A stretch of DNA of 64,000 nt from assembly GCA_001600695.1 (NCBI GenBank), contig BCKQ01000001.1, forward strand, positions 476,279 to 540,278, written 5' to 3'. The notes under the pieces are model-generated. The model was not told the DNA's origin and made no database searches. It saw only the letters and a list, made by a program, of their open reading frames with translations. Positions 1 to 11,228 of this stretch are shown piece by piece (the stretch's first letter is position 1; each line of letters starts with the position of its first letter). The DNA is from Ascoidea asiatica JCM 7603. Its lineage: Eukaryota; Fungi; Ascomycota. The translations under genes were made by a program, and so were the position numbers.

Positions 1-143
1 AAACCTTTTAAAGATAAAACTGCAGCTCTTCTATCAGCCATTAAAGTTGAATTATTTAATCTATCACATATTGTTGGAATTGCTTCTGAAGCAGATTGAA
101 CCTTCTGATTACTTGGAGCTAAAAGCCCAGAGAAATAACTCAT
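1..143 (-). CDS. USO1: Uso1/p115 ER-Golgi vesicle tether, 5' portion (continues beyond window start)
   Basis: Manual translation from ATG 143-141 gives MSYFSGLLAPSNQKVQSASEAIPTICDRLNNSTLMADRRAAVLSLKGF, matching the Uso1 N-terminus pattern (IPTLCDRVENSTLISDRRSAVLGLK). Not in the ORF track. Confidence 0.92.
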   Translation of the reverse strand, partial: MSYFSGLLAPSNQKVQSASEAIPTICDRLNNSTLMADRRAAVLSLKG

Positions 144-839
144 GTTCCCATTAAGTTTTGAAGAATAAAAATACTTTAAATATTACTCAATGGTAATTTG
201 ATATCAGTAATAATATTATTTGATCAGTTGTAAATAAGGTTATTAAATAGTTGTTATTGAATGAAATTCTTTGATTGAAGAGTTGAAAGTAATTGCATCT
301 GCCCTTGATCTGAATGCTTTCAATGGATTGACCTGTTGTTTGTGTCTTCTAACCTTTATTCCTCTTTATTCTTCTTTATTCTTTAATATTCTTTATCTTG
401 TTTATTATCTTTTATCTTTTATTCTTTATTCTTTATCCTTTATTTATTTTCTTATATTTGCTCTGTCACTTTCCGGCGCTTAAACTCTGCTGCGCCAGTG
501 CCAACAAACGTTCGTTGCCAGCTGGCTTTGCCACAATTATGGCGTCGGTGGCGTTGCTTTGGCTCTTGTTTTTGGTATTTTTGGTATTTTTGGTATTTTC
601 GATGAGGCCAGAAGGTGGTAACTTGGATAAGTTGAAGTTGTTGATAGATTTATATTTATATTTATATTTATTTGATTTGATTTAATATATGATATTTATT
701 CAATTGATTTGGATTTCTTTTATATATTTTATTATTCTATTCTTTTTATATTCATAGTCATATTCGATCATATTCAATTCAATTCAATTAAATTCAATCA
801 ATTAATATACTAAACAATTAATCTATTTTGTAATTCAAA

Positions 840-3251
840 ATGTTTAGTTCCGGCGGTGGAAACTCATATAATGCTCCATCAAATTCTTCTCCAAGTGGTT
901 TTTTTTCTGGTTTTGGTGGCCAAAGAAATAATAATAACAGTAATAATAACATAAATAATAATAATTTCAATAATAGTTATGGTGGTTCTGGAGGTGGTGG
1001 AATTCCTCCTCCTGCTTATAATCCATCTGATTCTTCAAGATCTTCAAATTCAAATTCATTCAGAGTTATAAATTCTCCAAATAATATTATTGCATTATCA
1101 AATAAAATTGCAGTGAATCCATCTGATTTTGCAAATAATATTTTTGTACAAATTAATAATCAATATATTTTTACAACTATTCATGAACCTTCAATGAAAT
1201 CAAAATTTATTGGTTTAAATGGTAATCAAAGAGCATTTTCTCAACTTTCTTTAAATGAAAATATTCAAATAAATCAATATTTTTTAAAAAAAAATGATAA
1301 ATTTTATATTGGTACTATGAATATTGAAATTTCTTTTAGAAATAGAAATAAAGCAACTCAAACTAAATTTGATCAAGATGAATTAGCAAAACATTTTATA
1401 AATAATTTTAATGAACAAATTTTTCAACCAACTCAAACTTTATTAATGGAATTTAAAAATAATATTTTTGAAATTTATATACAATCTTTAGAATGTTTTT
1501 CTTTAACTGATATTAATTCAAATAATAATTCAAATTCAAATTCAATTTCAAAAAATATTAGTACAAAAGGTATTTTAACAACAAAATCAATTATAAATTT
1601 TTTTAAAAGTAAAGATGGTTTAGTTCAATTAAAAGGTTCTTCAACAAGATCAAGAGCTGATGCAATTATTAGACCTGATTTTAAATTTGAAGAAATGGGT
1701 ATTGGTGGTTTAGATAATGAATTTACTCAAATTTTTAGAAGAGCTTTTGCAAGTAGAATTTTTCCACCAGGTTTAATTGAAAAATTAGGTATAACTCATG
1801 TTAAAGGTATGTTATTATATGGTCCTCCAGGTACTGGAAAAACTTTAATTGCAAGAAAAATTGGTAAAATGTTAAATGCAAATGAACCAAAAATTGTTAA
1901 TGGTCCAGAAATTTTAAGTAAATATGTTGGATCTTCTGAAGAAAATATTAGAGCTTTATTTAAAGATGCTGAAGATGAATATAAATCAAAAGGTGAAGAA
2001 TCAAGTTTACATATTATTATTTTTGATGAATTAGATTCTGTTTTTAAACAAAGAGGTTCAAGAGGTGATGGTACTGGTGTTGCTGATAATGTTGTTAATC
2101 AATTATTAGCAAAAATGGATGGTGTTGATCAATTAAATAATATTTTAGTCATTGGTATGACTAATAGAAAAGATTTAATTGATAATGCTTTATTAAGACC
2201 TGGTAGATTTGAAGTTCAAGTTGAAATTTCTTTACCTGATGAAAATGGTAGAAAACAAATTCTTTTAATTCATACAAAAAAAATGAGAGATAATAATATG
2301 CTTAATAAAGATGTTAATATTAATGAAATTGCAGCTTTAACAAAAAATTTTAGTGGTGCAGAAATTGAAGGTTTAGTAAAATCTGCAACTTCTTTTCAAA
2401 TTTCAAAAAATATTGAAGGTACAAAAATTAAAAAAGATGTTGAAAAATTTAAAGTTTGTATGGATGATTTTTTACATGCTTTAGATGAAATTAAACCTGC
2501 TTTTGGTGCAAAAGAAGAAGATTTAAAACTTTGTGTTAAAGGTGGAATTATAAAATATTCAAATTCAATTAATCAAATTATTAAAGATGGTTCAAGATTT
2601 ATAACTCAAATTCAAAAAGATCAAAATACAACACTTTTATCAGTTTTAATGTATGGACCTGATGGTTCTGGTAAAACTGCTTTAGCTTCTGCAATTGCTT
2701 TAAATTCAAAATTTCCTTTTATGAGAATGATATCACCAAATGATATGATTGGTATGTCAGAAAATGCAAAAATTTCATATATTGATAATTGTTTTAGAGA
2801 TGCTTATAAATCTCCTTTAAATATACTTGTAATTGATGATATTGAAGCAATTTGTGATTATGTACCAATTGGTCCAAGATTTTCAAATAGTGTTTTACAA
2901 TGTTTAAAAGCATATTTAAAAAGAATACCACCAAAAGATAAAAGATTATTAATACTTTCAACAACTTCATCATTTTCTGTTTTAAGACAAATGGAATTAA
3001 TTAAATCTTTTTCAAATAAAATTCCAGTACCAAATATTAATAATTTAATTGAATTTCAAAATATTATGACAGAAATGAATTTTGGTAATGAACAACAAAG
3101 AAGTTTAATTTTAAATAAAATTAAAGAAAATAAAAATTCTGAAAAACTAGATATTGGTATAAAAACTGCAATTAATTATATAAATACAGCTAAATTTGAT
3201 GAAGATCCAATTAATGAATTAATTGATTTAATGTCTGATGTTACTTTTTAA
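840..3251 (+). CDS. SEC18: Sec18/NSF AAA+ ATPase
   Basis: MGIGGLDNEFTQIFRRAFASRIFPP, Walker A GPPGTGKT, Walker B IIIFDELD, SRH ALLRPGRFE, D2 GPDGSGKTALA. Confidence 0.98.
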   Translation: MFSSGGGNSYNAPSNSSPSGFFSGFGGQRNNNNSNNNINNNNFNNSYGGSGGGGIPPPAYNPSDSSRSSNSNSFRVINSPNNIIALSNKIAVNPSDFANNIFVQINNQYIFTTIHEPSMKSKFIGLNGNQRAFSQLSLNENIQINQYFLKKNDKFYIGTMNIEISFRNRNKATQTKFDQDELAKHFINNFNEQIFQPTQTLLMEFKNNIFEIYIQSLECFSLTDINSNNNSNSNSISKNISTKGILTTKSIINFFKSKDGLVQLKGSSTRSRADAIIRPDFKFEEMGIGGLDNEFTQIFRRAFASRIFPPGLIEKLGITHVKGMLLYGPPGTGKTLIARKIGKMLNANEPKIVNGPEILSKYVGSSEENIRALFKDAEDEYKSKGEESSLHIIIFDELDSVFKQRGSRGDGTGVADNVVNQLLAKMDGVDQLNNILVIGMTNRKDLIDNALLRPGRFEVQVEISLPDENGRKQILLIHTKKMRDNNMLNKDVNINEIAALTKNFSGAEIEGLVKSATSFQISKNIEGTKIKKDVEKFKVCMDDFLHALDEIKPAFGAKEEDLKLCVKGGIIKYSNSINQIIKDGSRFITQIQKDQNTTLLSVLMYGPDGSGKTALASAIALNSKFPFMRMISPNDMIGMSENAKISYIDNCFRDAYKSPLNILVIDDIEAICDYVPIGPRFSNSVLQCLKAYLKRIPPKDKRLLILSTTSSFSVLRQMELIKSFSNKIPVPNINNLIEFQNIMTEMNFGNEQQRSLILNKIKENKNSEKLDIGIKTAINYINTAKFDEDPINELIDLMSDVTF

Positions 3252-3461
3252 TGAACATTTCTCATATATATTATATCTTTATCTTTATCTTTAACTTAAA
3301 GTTTTTCATTTCTCATTTCTCATTTTATCAACCATCATTGACTAGAACTTAATAAATACTTTTCCCTTTAATCATTTTATCTTTTGATTGTTAAAAAAAA
3401 TTAAATTGAATCTGTAATAAAAAATTAAAACAATGGAAAATAAAGCAAACAAAAAAAAAAA

Positions 3462-3535
3462 TGGTCCCTAGCAGGATCGAACTGCTGATCCCCGCGTTAT
3501 TAGCACGATGCCTTAACCAACTGGGCCAAGGGACC
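3462..3535 (-). tRNA. tRNA-Ile(AAT)
   Basis: Reverse complement GGTCCCTTGGCCCAGTTGGTTAAGGCATCGTGCTAATAACGCGGGGATCAGCAGTTCGATCCTGCTAGGGACCA folds as a cloverleaf with anticodon AAT and is followed by a T-run terminator. Confidence 0.96.
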
Positions 3536-3791
3536 AAGGATATAAAATAATAATAATAGCGCTAAAAAACATAAAATAGCAGTTGAAAAAGTGATAAATT
3601 GCATAATTTAAAATCATGTTCTTTTTTTAAAAAAATACAAAAGTTTAACATAAAAAGCAGAAAATTTTATTAAAATATCTATATAAGAAGAAATTTATGA
3701 AAAAGTGAAAAAAAGAGTTAATTATTATTATAGTGAATTATTATTATGGATTATTTATTAATGGGTATTTGAAAAGTGATTTAATGTCTTT

Positions 3792-6506
3792 TTAAGAGTT
3801 TTCTTCTGGGGATATGATTTTATTCACAATTATTTTTAAATAGTTTTGTAAACTTAAATCATCTGTTAATAAATGAACTTCAGTTCCTATATATCCTTGA
3901 TCTTTATAACTATCAGTTGGATTTAATCTTGATAATAAAAATCTTGATTGAGAATCACCTTCTTTACAATTAATAAATCTTGGTAATGGAAATCTATCAA
4001 TTAAAGTTTCTTTAATATCTTCATTTGGAGAATTTAATAATTTTTTAAAATTTTCTAAATATTCTTCACCAAAATTTAAAATAAATTTATCTAAATCTTT
4101 ATTTAAAATATCTTCATTTAAAGAAATTGTTGATCCATGAAATATAAGTACTTCAAAAAATGTATCTAAAAATAAAATTTTATCATGTTTTATTGATGTT
4201 GAATCTAATAATACAGATTCTGAAATTATTTCTGAGTTTCCATTTTTATTATTATTTGATAATTCATATGAAATTAAAATTGGTTGAATCATAATTAAAG
4301 AATTTGAAACATTTTCACTTAAAAATAAATGATTATTATAACATAATTCATCTGGAGAAAAATTAAATGAATTACATAAAAATGATCTTCTTAAATTATA
4401 AATAAATCCAGGAAAATTCATAAAATTTGAAGGTAAATTTAATTTATTTTCATTATTATAATCAATAAATTTAAATTTTTTTAATAAATTTATAAATAAA
4501 TCATCAATAAATGATAAAATTAATTTAATTTTTTCTAATTTAATAAATTTTTTAAATGAAATTAATCTTGATAATAAAATTATTGAAGCTTCTTCATCAA
4601 AATTTTTTATAAATAAATTTTTAAAATTATTAAAATTATAAAATGGTTTTTTAATTGTTGTAATTCTTAATTTAAAAGTACCATCTAAATGTTGATAATG
4701 ATAAGCTAATTGTATATAACCAAATTTTTGTTGTTGTTGAATTGAATCATCTGTTAAATTATTTTGATCATAATCTTTATTAATTTCAAAATAAATTGCA
4801 TATGAAGAATTTTTAGTAACATTACATAATTTCCAAGTATTTGTTTTACCAATACCAATTTCTAAATCACTTATATTTGAATTTGAAGAATTTAAATTTT
4901 TATCATCATCATTTAAATTTAAAGAAATTGCATTACCAATTAAACCATTAATTTTTAATGGCAGACTTGTTTTAATTTGTAAAGATCCATTAAATGCAAT
5001 TGTTGTTTCATTTTCATTATCATTATCATTATCATTATCATTATCCTTTTTGATTTGATTATTTAATAAATCTAAAGGATTTAAATCATTATTATCATTT
5101 AAAGAATGAGATTGAAAAAATTTATTTAAAGAATTTTTAAAAATTGAAGTTTTAAAAGAATCTGAATAAATTAATTTACCACCAGTATAATTAACTAAAG
5201 AATTCATTTCATATAAACCAACTTGATCATAAGAACCAATAAATAAATTAAAAGTATAACCTAATAAAGCAATTTCTTTTGAAAATTTATTATAAAATAA
5301 TTTTGAATCATTAAAATAATTTTTATTTTTTTTTAAAATATCATTATTTGATCTTATTGAAAATTTTTTATCAATATTTGAAATTTTTGCAATACCATTA
5401 TTACAAGAATTTGATAAAAAAAATAAAATTTGAATATTTTTTTTTTTAAAACTATTATTATTATTATTATTAAAATTATTTAAATTTAATAAAATTTTTA
5501 AAATATTTAAACAATTTCCAGTTGAATTTAAATTTCTTTGATTTTTAAAATTTAATGGCCAATTATAATTTTTTAAATTATTTAAAATATTTTGAAAATT
5601 ATTTGAAATTTTATTTAAAGGTTGAAAAAATTGATTAAAATTTAAATCATTATTATAATTAAAATTTAAATTTTTTTGAACTTGATTTGGAGAATAAAAT
5701 TTACTACCATTAAAAGAATAATTTATAATATTATTTGAGATTAAATTATAAATATTAATAATTTTATCAAAAGTAATTAAACCAATTAAAGAATCTTGAG
5801 GTAAATAAGATAAAGAATCTAAGATTGAATCTTTTAAATGATTTAATTCATCATTATCATTCATTGATAAATCTATGATAAATAAATAAACATTTGAATA
5901 ATTTTGAATATTATTTATATTATTTATATTTGAAATTTTATTATTTAATGGATTTGATATGATATTTATATTAGAAGGTAAATTATATTCAATTGAATTA
6001 TTTGATAAAATTTTAGATAAATTTAATTTATTATAATTTTTAGGTAAATAATTTCTATTTAAACATAATGGACAAGTCCAAAGATTTGAATTATAATCAA
6101 TTGGACAATAAATATTTAAGATTGATTTACAAGAAATTTTATTACATAAAATTGGATTAAAATCATTTGAAATTTTAATTATATTTGAATTTGAAATTGG
6201 TTTATATAATGGAGTATAAATTAAAGATAATGGAATTGAAAGATGAGATAAATCAATTGAATTTGTTGGAAAACAATTCCAAGATAATCTAACATTTGAA
6301 TCAAATGAATAATCTAATTGATCATCATTATTTTCAATATTATCTTGATAATTGAATTGATTTTGATAATAATTTTGAGGAAATTGAGATTGATATGGAG
6401 AATTTTGTTGTTGTTGTTGTTGTTGTTGAGATATCTGAGATAGTTGAGATAAAGGTCTTTGAGGTATAAAATTTGGATTCACAGTTGGTAATAAAGATTC
6501 TGGCAT
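3792..6506 (-). CDS. Divergent Sec23-family COPII/Sar1-GAP protein (Sec23 paralog, Nel1/Shl23-like)
   Basis: VRLSWNCFP, Zn finger CNKISC...WTCPLC, trunk YLFIID/IGLITF, C-terminal RFPLPRFI...SQSRFLLSRLNP. The first ATG is 6506-6504 (MPESLL); the ORF track start is a non-ATG codon. Confidence 0.88.
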   Translation of the reverse strand: MPESLLPTVNPNFIPQRPLSQLSQISQQQQQQQQNSPYQSQFPQNYYQNQFNYQDNIENNDDQLDYSFDSNVRLSWNCFPTNSIDLSHLSIPLSLIYTPLYKPISNSNIIKISNDFNPILCNKISCKSILNIYCPIDYNSNLWTCPLCLNRNYLPKNYNKLNLSKILSNNSIEYNLPSNINIISNPLNNKISNINNINNIQNYSNVYLFIIDLSMNDNDELNHLKDSILDSLSYLPQDSLIGLITFDKIINIYNLISNNIINYSFNGSKFYSPNQVQKNLNFNYNNDLNFNQFFQPLNKISNNFQNILNNLKNYNWPLNFKNQRNLNSTGNCLNILKILLNLNNFNNNNNNSFKKKNIQILFFLSNSCNNGIAKISNIDKKFSIRSNNDILKKNKNYFNDSKLFYNKFSKEIALLGYTFNLFIGSYDQVGLYEMNSLVNYTGGKLIYSDSFKTSIFKNSLNKFFQSHSLNDNNDLNPLDLLNNQIKKDNDNDNDNDNENETTIAFNGSLQIKTSLPLKINGLIGNAISLNLNDDDKNLNSSNSNISDLEIGIGKTNTWKLCNVTKNSSYAIYFEINKDYDQNNLTDDSIQQQQKFGYIQLAYHYQHLDGTFKLRITTIKKPFYNFNNFKNLFIKNFDEEASIILLSRLISFKKFIKLEKIKLILSFIDDLFINLLKKFKFIDYNNENKLNLPSNFMNFPGFIYNLRRSFLCNSFNFSPDELCYNNHLFLSENVSNSLIMIQPILISYELSNNNKNGNSEIISESVLLDSTSIKHDKILFLDTFFEVLIFHGSTISLNEDILNKDLDKFILNFGEEYLENFKKLLNSPNEDIKETLIDRFPLPRFINCKEGDSQSRFLLSRLNPTDSYKDQGYIGTEVHLLTDDLSLQNYLKIIVNKIISPEENS

Positions 6507-7719
6507 TTTTAAAGATTGATATATTTGATATCTGAATAGCTTTATTTTAATCAACCAACTGGATCATTTGATATATTCTATGATAAAATGGAGATTATTA
6601 TTATTATTATATTTATTGTTATTATTATTATTATATTTATTGTTATTTGAGATTAAATATATTCATTCATTCATTCATTCATTCATTCATTCATTAGAAA
6701 AAAAGAGGTTTATGCTTATTTAACGTTAGAATAACAATAAATAAATTAAGCGCTCAACTTCTACAAAACACACTAACCTCAGCGGCAAGAAAAGCAGTGT
6801 CCTAAATGAAAGTGTATATTGCCCATAATTATAACAAATTATGTCCTATTGCTTGTCCCCAAAACGCGTTGCTGACGTGTCCCACAAACCTAAGATTAAA
6901 CGCCACGTGTTAACGGGGTTGTCTTTAGCAAAAACACTCGTATAGATTGCGCATTTTTGAAAATGGATTTTTCATCTAGCTTTTGCGTGTTATACTGGAA
7001 ACTGCAGCAGTGCACGCAGTCTTTAAAAAGATCGCGTTTTGCACCGATGCAAATAACGAACAAGTAAACGAACACAGTAAAAATAGAACAAGAAAATAAG
7101 TGAGTGAAGTTCTGTAACAAAAAAAAGAAAAAGTTTTGAAACTTTCGTTAACGAACAGATCATTTGTACCCTCGAGCCCTGTCAGGCGGTATTTGTACCT
7201 CTGTAGATTTGAAATATGTGGCGGTGAAAACAGATGAATTCTCCAATACACACATACTCACACTGCGATACACTTTCTTCTACCTCTCACGGCGGGCAGT
7301 TGTTTCCGGCTGAGACTGCGCGGAAATTGCGAACTAAGCCAAATTGCTTTTGGATTGCTTTTTGATTGCTCTGGAATTTTGTTGTGAATCGAGTTGGCGG
7401 TGAAATTGAGAATTCGAAAGGAGTTTGCTCGCAGTTAGCATTGAGACTGCGAACAAAGAAAACTAACGCCAACTCAAACTCCAACGGCAACGACAGCCAA
7501 AAACAGAACCAGAACCTGAATCTGATTCAAAATAAAGGTAAAAAAAAATATTTAATAAAGAATAAAGATTATTAAATATTAAATATTAAATATTGAATAA
7601 AAAAATAAATAATAAAAGTTCCTTTAATTTTTATTTATTTCAATCAAATATTTGTAAAGACATTTCTTTTCTCCTTTCATTTTTTTCATTTATCCAACAA
7701 GTCAACAACAATAGCTCAA

Positions 7720-7762
<43 letters not shown>

Positions 7763-8077
7763 ATGTACCTGTATTTATTTATTGAATTATTCAGTCTTTT
7801 CATCCTTTAATCATCACTTAATCATTTAGTCACTTAATCATTAAATCAATCTTCAAATAATTTTCATAATCATATCAAAATTTATATTAAATCTAAATCG
7901 AAAAAGTATTTTCTTTAATATATCTTTAATATCTTTAACATAAATTATCAGTCTTTCTTTTAATCTATTTCATTATTAAATTATTGAAATTATATAAAAT
8001 TTCTTTTTCTTTCACTTTTTCATTTCACTCTTTTTTTTATAAAAATTTCAAAAATCTTCAAAAAGTCTTAAATAAAT

Positions 8078-10558
8078 ATGTCTACAATTACTTCAAATCC
8101 AATTTTAAATTCAAATCATTTATCTAATCAAATTTTAAATTCAATTCAAAATGTAAATTTAAATGTTAATGCTAATTCCAATATCAATTCAAGTATTAAT
8201 TCAATTCAAATTCAAAAAAAAAATCAATTTCAAAATTCAAATTTAAATTCAAATTCAAATTCAAGCTTGAATTCAATTAATAGAATTAATACTCTTAATA
8301 ATATTAATAATATCAGTAATATAGAAGTAATGAATACTAGTCCATCCTCTTTATCTTCTTCAAATTCATTATCAAGTCCAAATAAATCAAATACCTTTAA
8401 TAGTAATAGTAATAATAATACTAATACTAATAGTACAACTATGTCAGTTAAAAATTCAATCCCAATTTCTGAAGATAATAATTCTCCAGTTTCAAATAAA
8501 TCTTTATCCACTGAAAATTCAAATAATTCAAGTACTTCAAATAAATCTTCAGTTTCTTCAGTTAATTCTTCATTTTATTATCAATTTCAATTAGTTGATA
8601 AAGCAATTTTAAATTTCAAATCAAAATTATATTCAAATTCAAATTATTATTATTCAAATTATTCTTCAAATAATAATTCAATAAATCATTTAAATAATAA
8701 TTCAATCTCAATCTCAAATTTAAATAATAACAATAATAATAATAATAATAATAATAATAATTCAAATAAAAGAATTGTATCCCATTCTTATACATACAAT
8801 AACAATAACAATAATAATAATAATAATAATATGATTAATTCATCTTCTCAAAATTCAAATATTATCTCAAATTCAAATAGATTTAATCCAAGAGTTGCAA
8901 GAAGAGCTGTATCCACTTCTTTCATTAACGTCAATAATAATAATAATAATAACAATAACAATAACAACAATTTCAATAACAACTTCAATAATAGCATTAA
9001 TAATTTAAGTAATTTACCAAATATTCAAAATATTCAAAATATTCAAAATATTCCAAATATTCCAAATATTCCAAGTTTTAATAATCATATCATAAGTACT
9101 CATCAAAATTCTTATACTGCAAAAAGTAATAGTGTCAACTTGAATTTCTCTTTAAATAACAACAATAGCAACAATAATAACAATAATATCAATAACAATA
9201 ACAATAATAGTATCATTAATAGCTCGTTGAATTCAAAAAAAAGTTATGGTATTTTATCAAATTATAATAATAATAACAATAATAATAGTAATATTAATGT
9301 AAATAATACTAATAATATTAATAATAATTCAATTAATACTTTTTCATTTGATAATACTTCTGTTTTACAATCTCAAACTTCTCCTTTAAATATCTACTCC
9401 AATAATAATACTAATAATAATAACAATAATAATAGTAATATTAATGTAAATAATACTAATAATATTAATAATAATTCAATTAATACTTTTTCATTTGATA
9501 ATACTTCTGTTTTACAATCTCAAACTTCTCCTTTAAATATCTACTCCAATAATAATACTAATAATAATAACAATAATAATAGTAATATTAATGTAAATAA
9601 TACTAATAATATTAATAATAATTCAATTAATACTTTTTCATTTGATAATACTTCTGTTTTACAATCTCAAACTTCTCCTTTAAATATCTACTCCAATAAT
9701 AATACTAATAATAATAACAATAATAATAATTCTATTAATTCCTTCAATTTACCTCCTCCAAATTCTTTACCTTTTCAAAATTCTTTCCAACCTCAACCTA
9801 TTTCTTCTTTCTCATCCTCTCAAACTGCATCTTCTTCTCCAACTCCTTCAATTTCATCTTTACCTCCTTACCAACAACAACAGCACCAACAACAACAAAG
9901 TATTAATAATTCATCAACTATATTGAATCAAGGTAATAATTCTCCTACTTTATTATCTTCCTTGTCAACTCCAAATTCAACTGGTGGTTCATTTAATTCA
10001 ATTACTAATAATAATAATAATAACAATAATAATAATAATTTAATTAATTCTGTTCCAACTTTACAACAATTATCTCAACAATATAGTTCAATGCCTTCAA
10101 TAAACTTTAATTCAACTACTGGTTTACAACAACCAATTGTTAATAATTCTAAAACTTTAAGAAGTTCAAATAGTTTAGAAAATATTTTAGGTTCAAGACC
10201 AAGTTCTGTAAATTCAAATTATAGTTCAAATTCAATTAATCTTGGAAGTAATAATAATCATAATATTTGGAGTACTAATTCTTTTAGTAATAGTAATGGA
10301 AATTTATCATCATCTTTCTCAACCAGATTAGGTGCAAATAATAAATTCAATCTTAGTTCAAATGGTAATCTCAATTCCAGTGTCACTAGTACAATCAATA
10401 ATGGTATCAATAGTATCAGTAACAGTAATAATAATAGTAACTCTTTATTTTCTAATGATATTGATATTAATAACAACAGCATCAACAATAATGGTAGTAA
10501 TTATAATAGCATTATTTCTGATTTCATTGATCCAATGTCAAACTCTGCCTATTTCTAA
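8078..10558 (+). CDS. Uncharacterised Asn/Ser-rich low-complexity protein (826 aa)
   Basis: Long open frame with genome-typical codon usage. Ordered islands are FYYQFQLVDKAILNFKSKL, RRAVSTSF and NIWS. No family recognised. Confidence 0.8.
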   Translation: MSTITSNPILNSNHLSNQILNSIQNVNLNVNANSNINSSINSIQIQKKNQFQNSNLNSNSNSSLNSINRINTLNNINNISNIEVMNTSPSSLSSSNSLSSPNKSNTFNSNSNNNTNTNSTTMSVKNSIPISEDNNSPVSNKSLSTENSNNSSTSNKSSVSSVNSSFYYQFQLVDKAILNFKSKLYSNSNYYYSNYSSNNNSINHLNNNSISISNLNNNNNNNNNNNNNSNKRIVSHSYTYNNNNNNNNNNNMINSSSQNSNIISNSNRFNPRVARRAVSTSFINVNNNNNNNNNNNNNFNNNFNNSINNLSNLPNIQNIQNIQNIPNIPNIPSFNNHIISTHQNSYTAKSNSVNLNFSLNNNNSNNNNNNINNNNNNSIINSSLNSKKSYGILSNYNNNNNNNSNINVNNTNNINNNSINTFSFDNTSVLQSQTSPLNIYSNNNTNNNNNNNSNINVNNTNNINNNSINTFSFDNTSVLQSQTSPLNIYSNNNTNNNNNNNSNINVNNTNNINNNSINTFSFDNTSVLQSQTSPLNIYSNNNTNNNNNNNNSINSFNLPPPNSLPFQNSFQPQPISSFSSSQTASSSPTPSISSLPPYQQQQHQQQQSINNSSTILNQGNNSPTLLSSLSTPNSTGGSFNSITNNNNNNNNNNNLINSVPTLQQLSQQYSSMPSINFNSTTGLQQPIVNNSKTLRSSNSLENILGSRPSSVNSNYSSNSINLGSNNNHNIWSTNSFSNSNGNLSSSFSTRLGANNKFNLSSNGNLNSSVTSTINNGINSISNSNNNSNSLFSNDIDINNNSINNNGSNYNSIISDFIDPMSNSAYF
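9265..9728 (+). repeat. Perfect in-frame 147-bp (49 aa) tandem repeat, about 3.1 copies
   Basis: The anchor TAATACTTTTTCATTTGAT occurs at 9334, 9481 and 9628 (spacing 147), and the copies appear identical. Confidence 0.95.
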
Positions 10559-11228
10559 AAAAATAAAAAGGTCCGTTAACTTTATATCCGGTGGTGTTTT
10601 AGTGTGTCTTTCTATCGTTTTTCTCTAAAATTTTTGTTTTTTTTGTCTCTGTTTCAAATTTCACTTTTTTTTTTTTACAATAACTTTTTTATTCCTTATC
10701 TATCTCATTTCCTGTCAATTTATTCTATTATAATACCATTATAACTTCTTGATCCTCAAAATCTGATTCTGGTTTACCTTTTACCACTTTTATATCTCTA
10801 ATTATTTTATTTTAGATTGCATGTTCTAAATTTTTCTATAAATTTCAGTTTCTATTCGGTTTTTTCAACTTGGTGGCAATAATTCGTTTTCAAAACTTGG
10901 ATATTTCATGCTTTTTTTATGTAATACAATATATAGATTATTCATATATAGTATGTTAAACAATACTTTTAAAGAAAAAATAATTTTATAGATTTTGTAT
11001 TTTATACACTCAAAATTTTTTTTTTAATTTCTAATTTTATCTTGAAATTCCCAAACAGGCCTTTTATTCTTACAAATAAACATTAAAAACAAAATAAATA
11101 TGCATTGAGCAAAAAAATATAAAAGTCCACTTTCATTGAAAAGAAATACAACAATAAATAATAATACATAAATAATAAATAATACAAAAAAAAACTAAGA
11201 ACTTTAAAATTCAGTTGGATAAAGATAA

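Noticed and set aside
271-685. Short hydrophobic ORFs in the USO1-SEC18 promoter
   Set aside because: Non-ATG starts; they are products of T-rich stutter repeats.
6507-6554. Extra 16 N-terminal residues on the Sec23-like ORF
   Set aside because: The track uses a non-ATG start; the first ATG is at 6506.
9265-9728. 147-bp unit equalling nucleosome core length, or a CRISPR-like array
   Set aside because: It is an in-frame coding repeat with no spacers, and the length match is probably coincidental.
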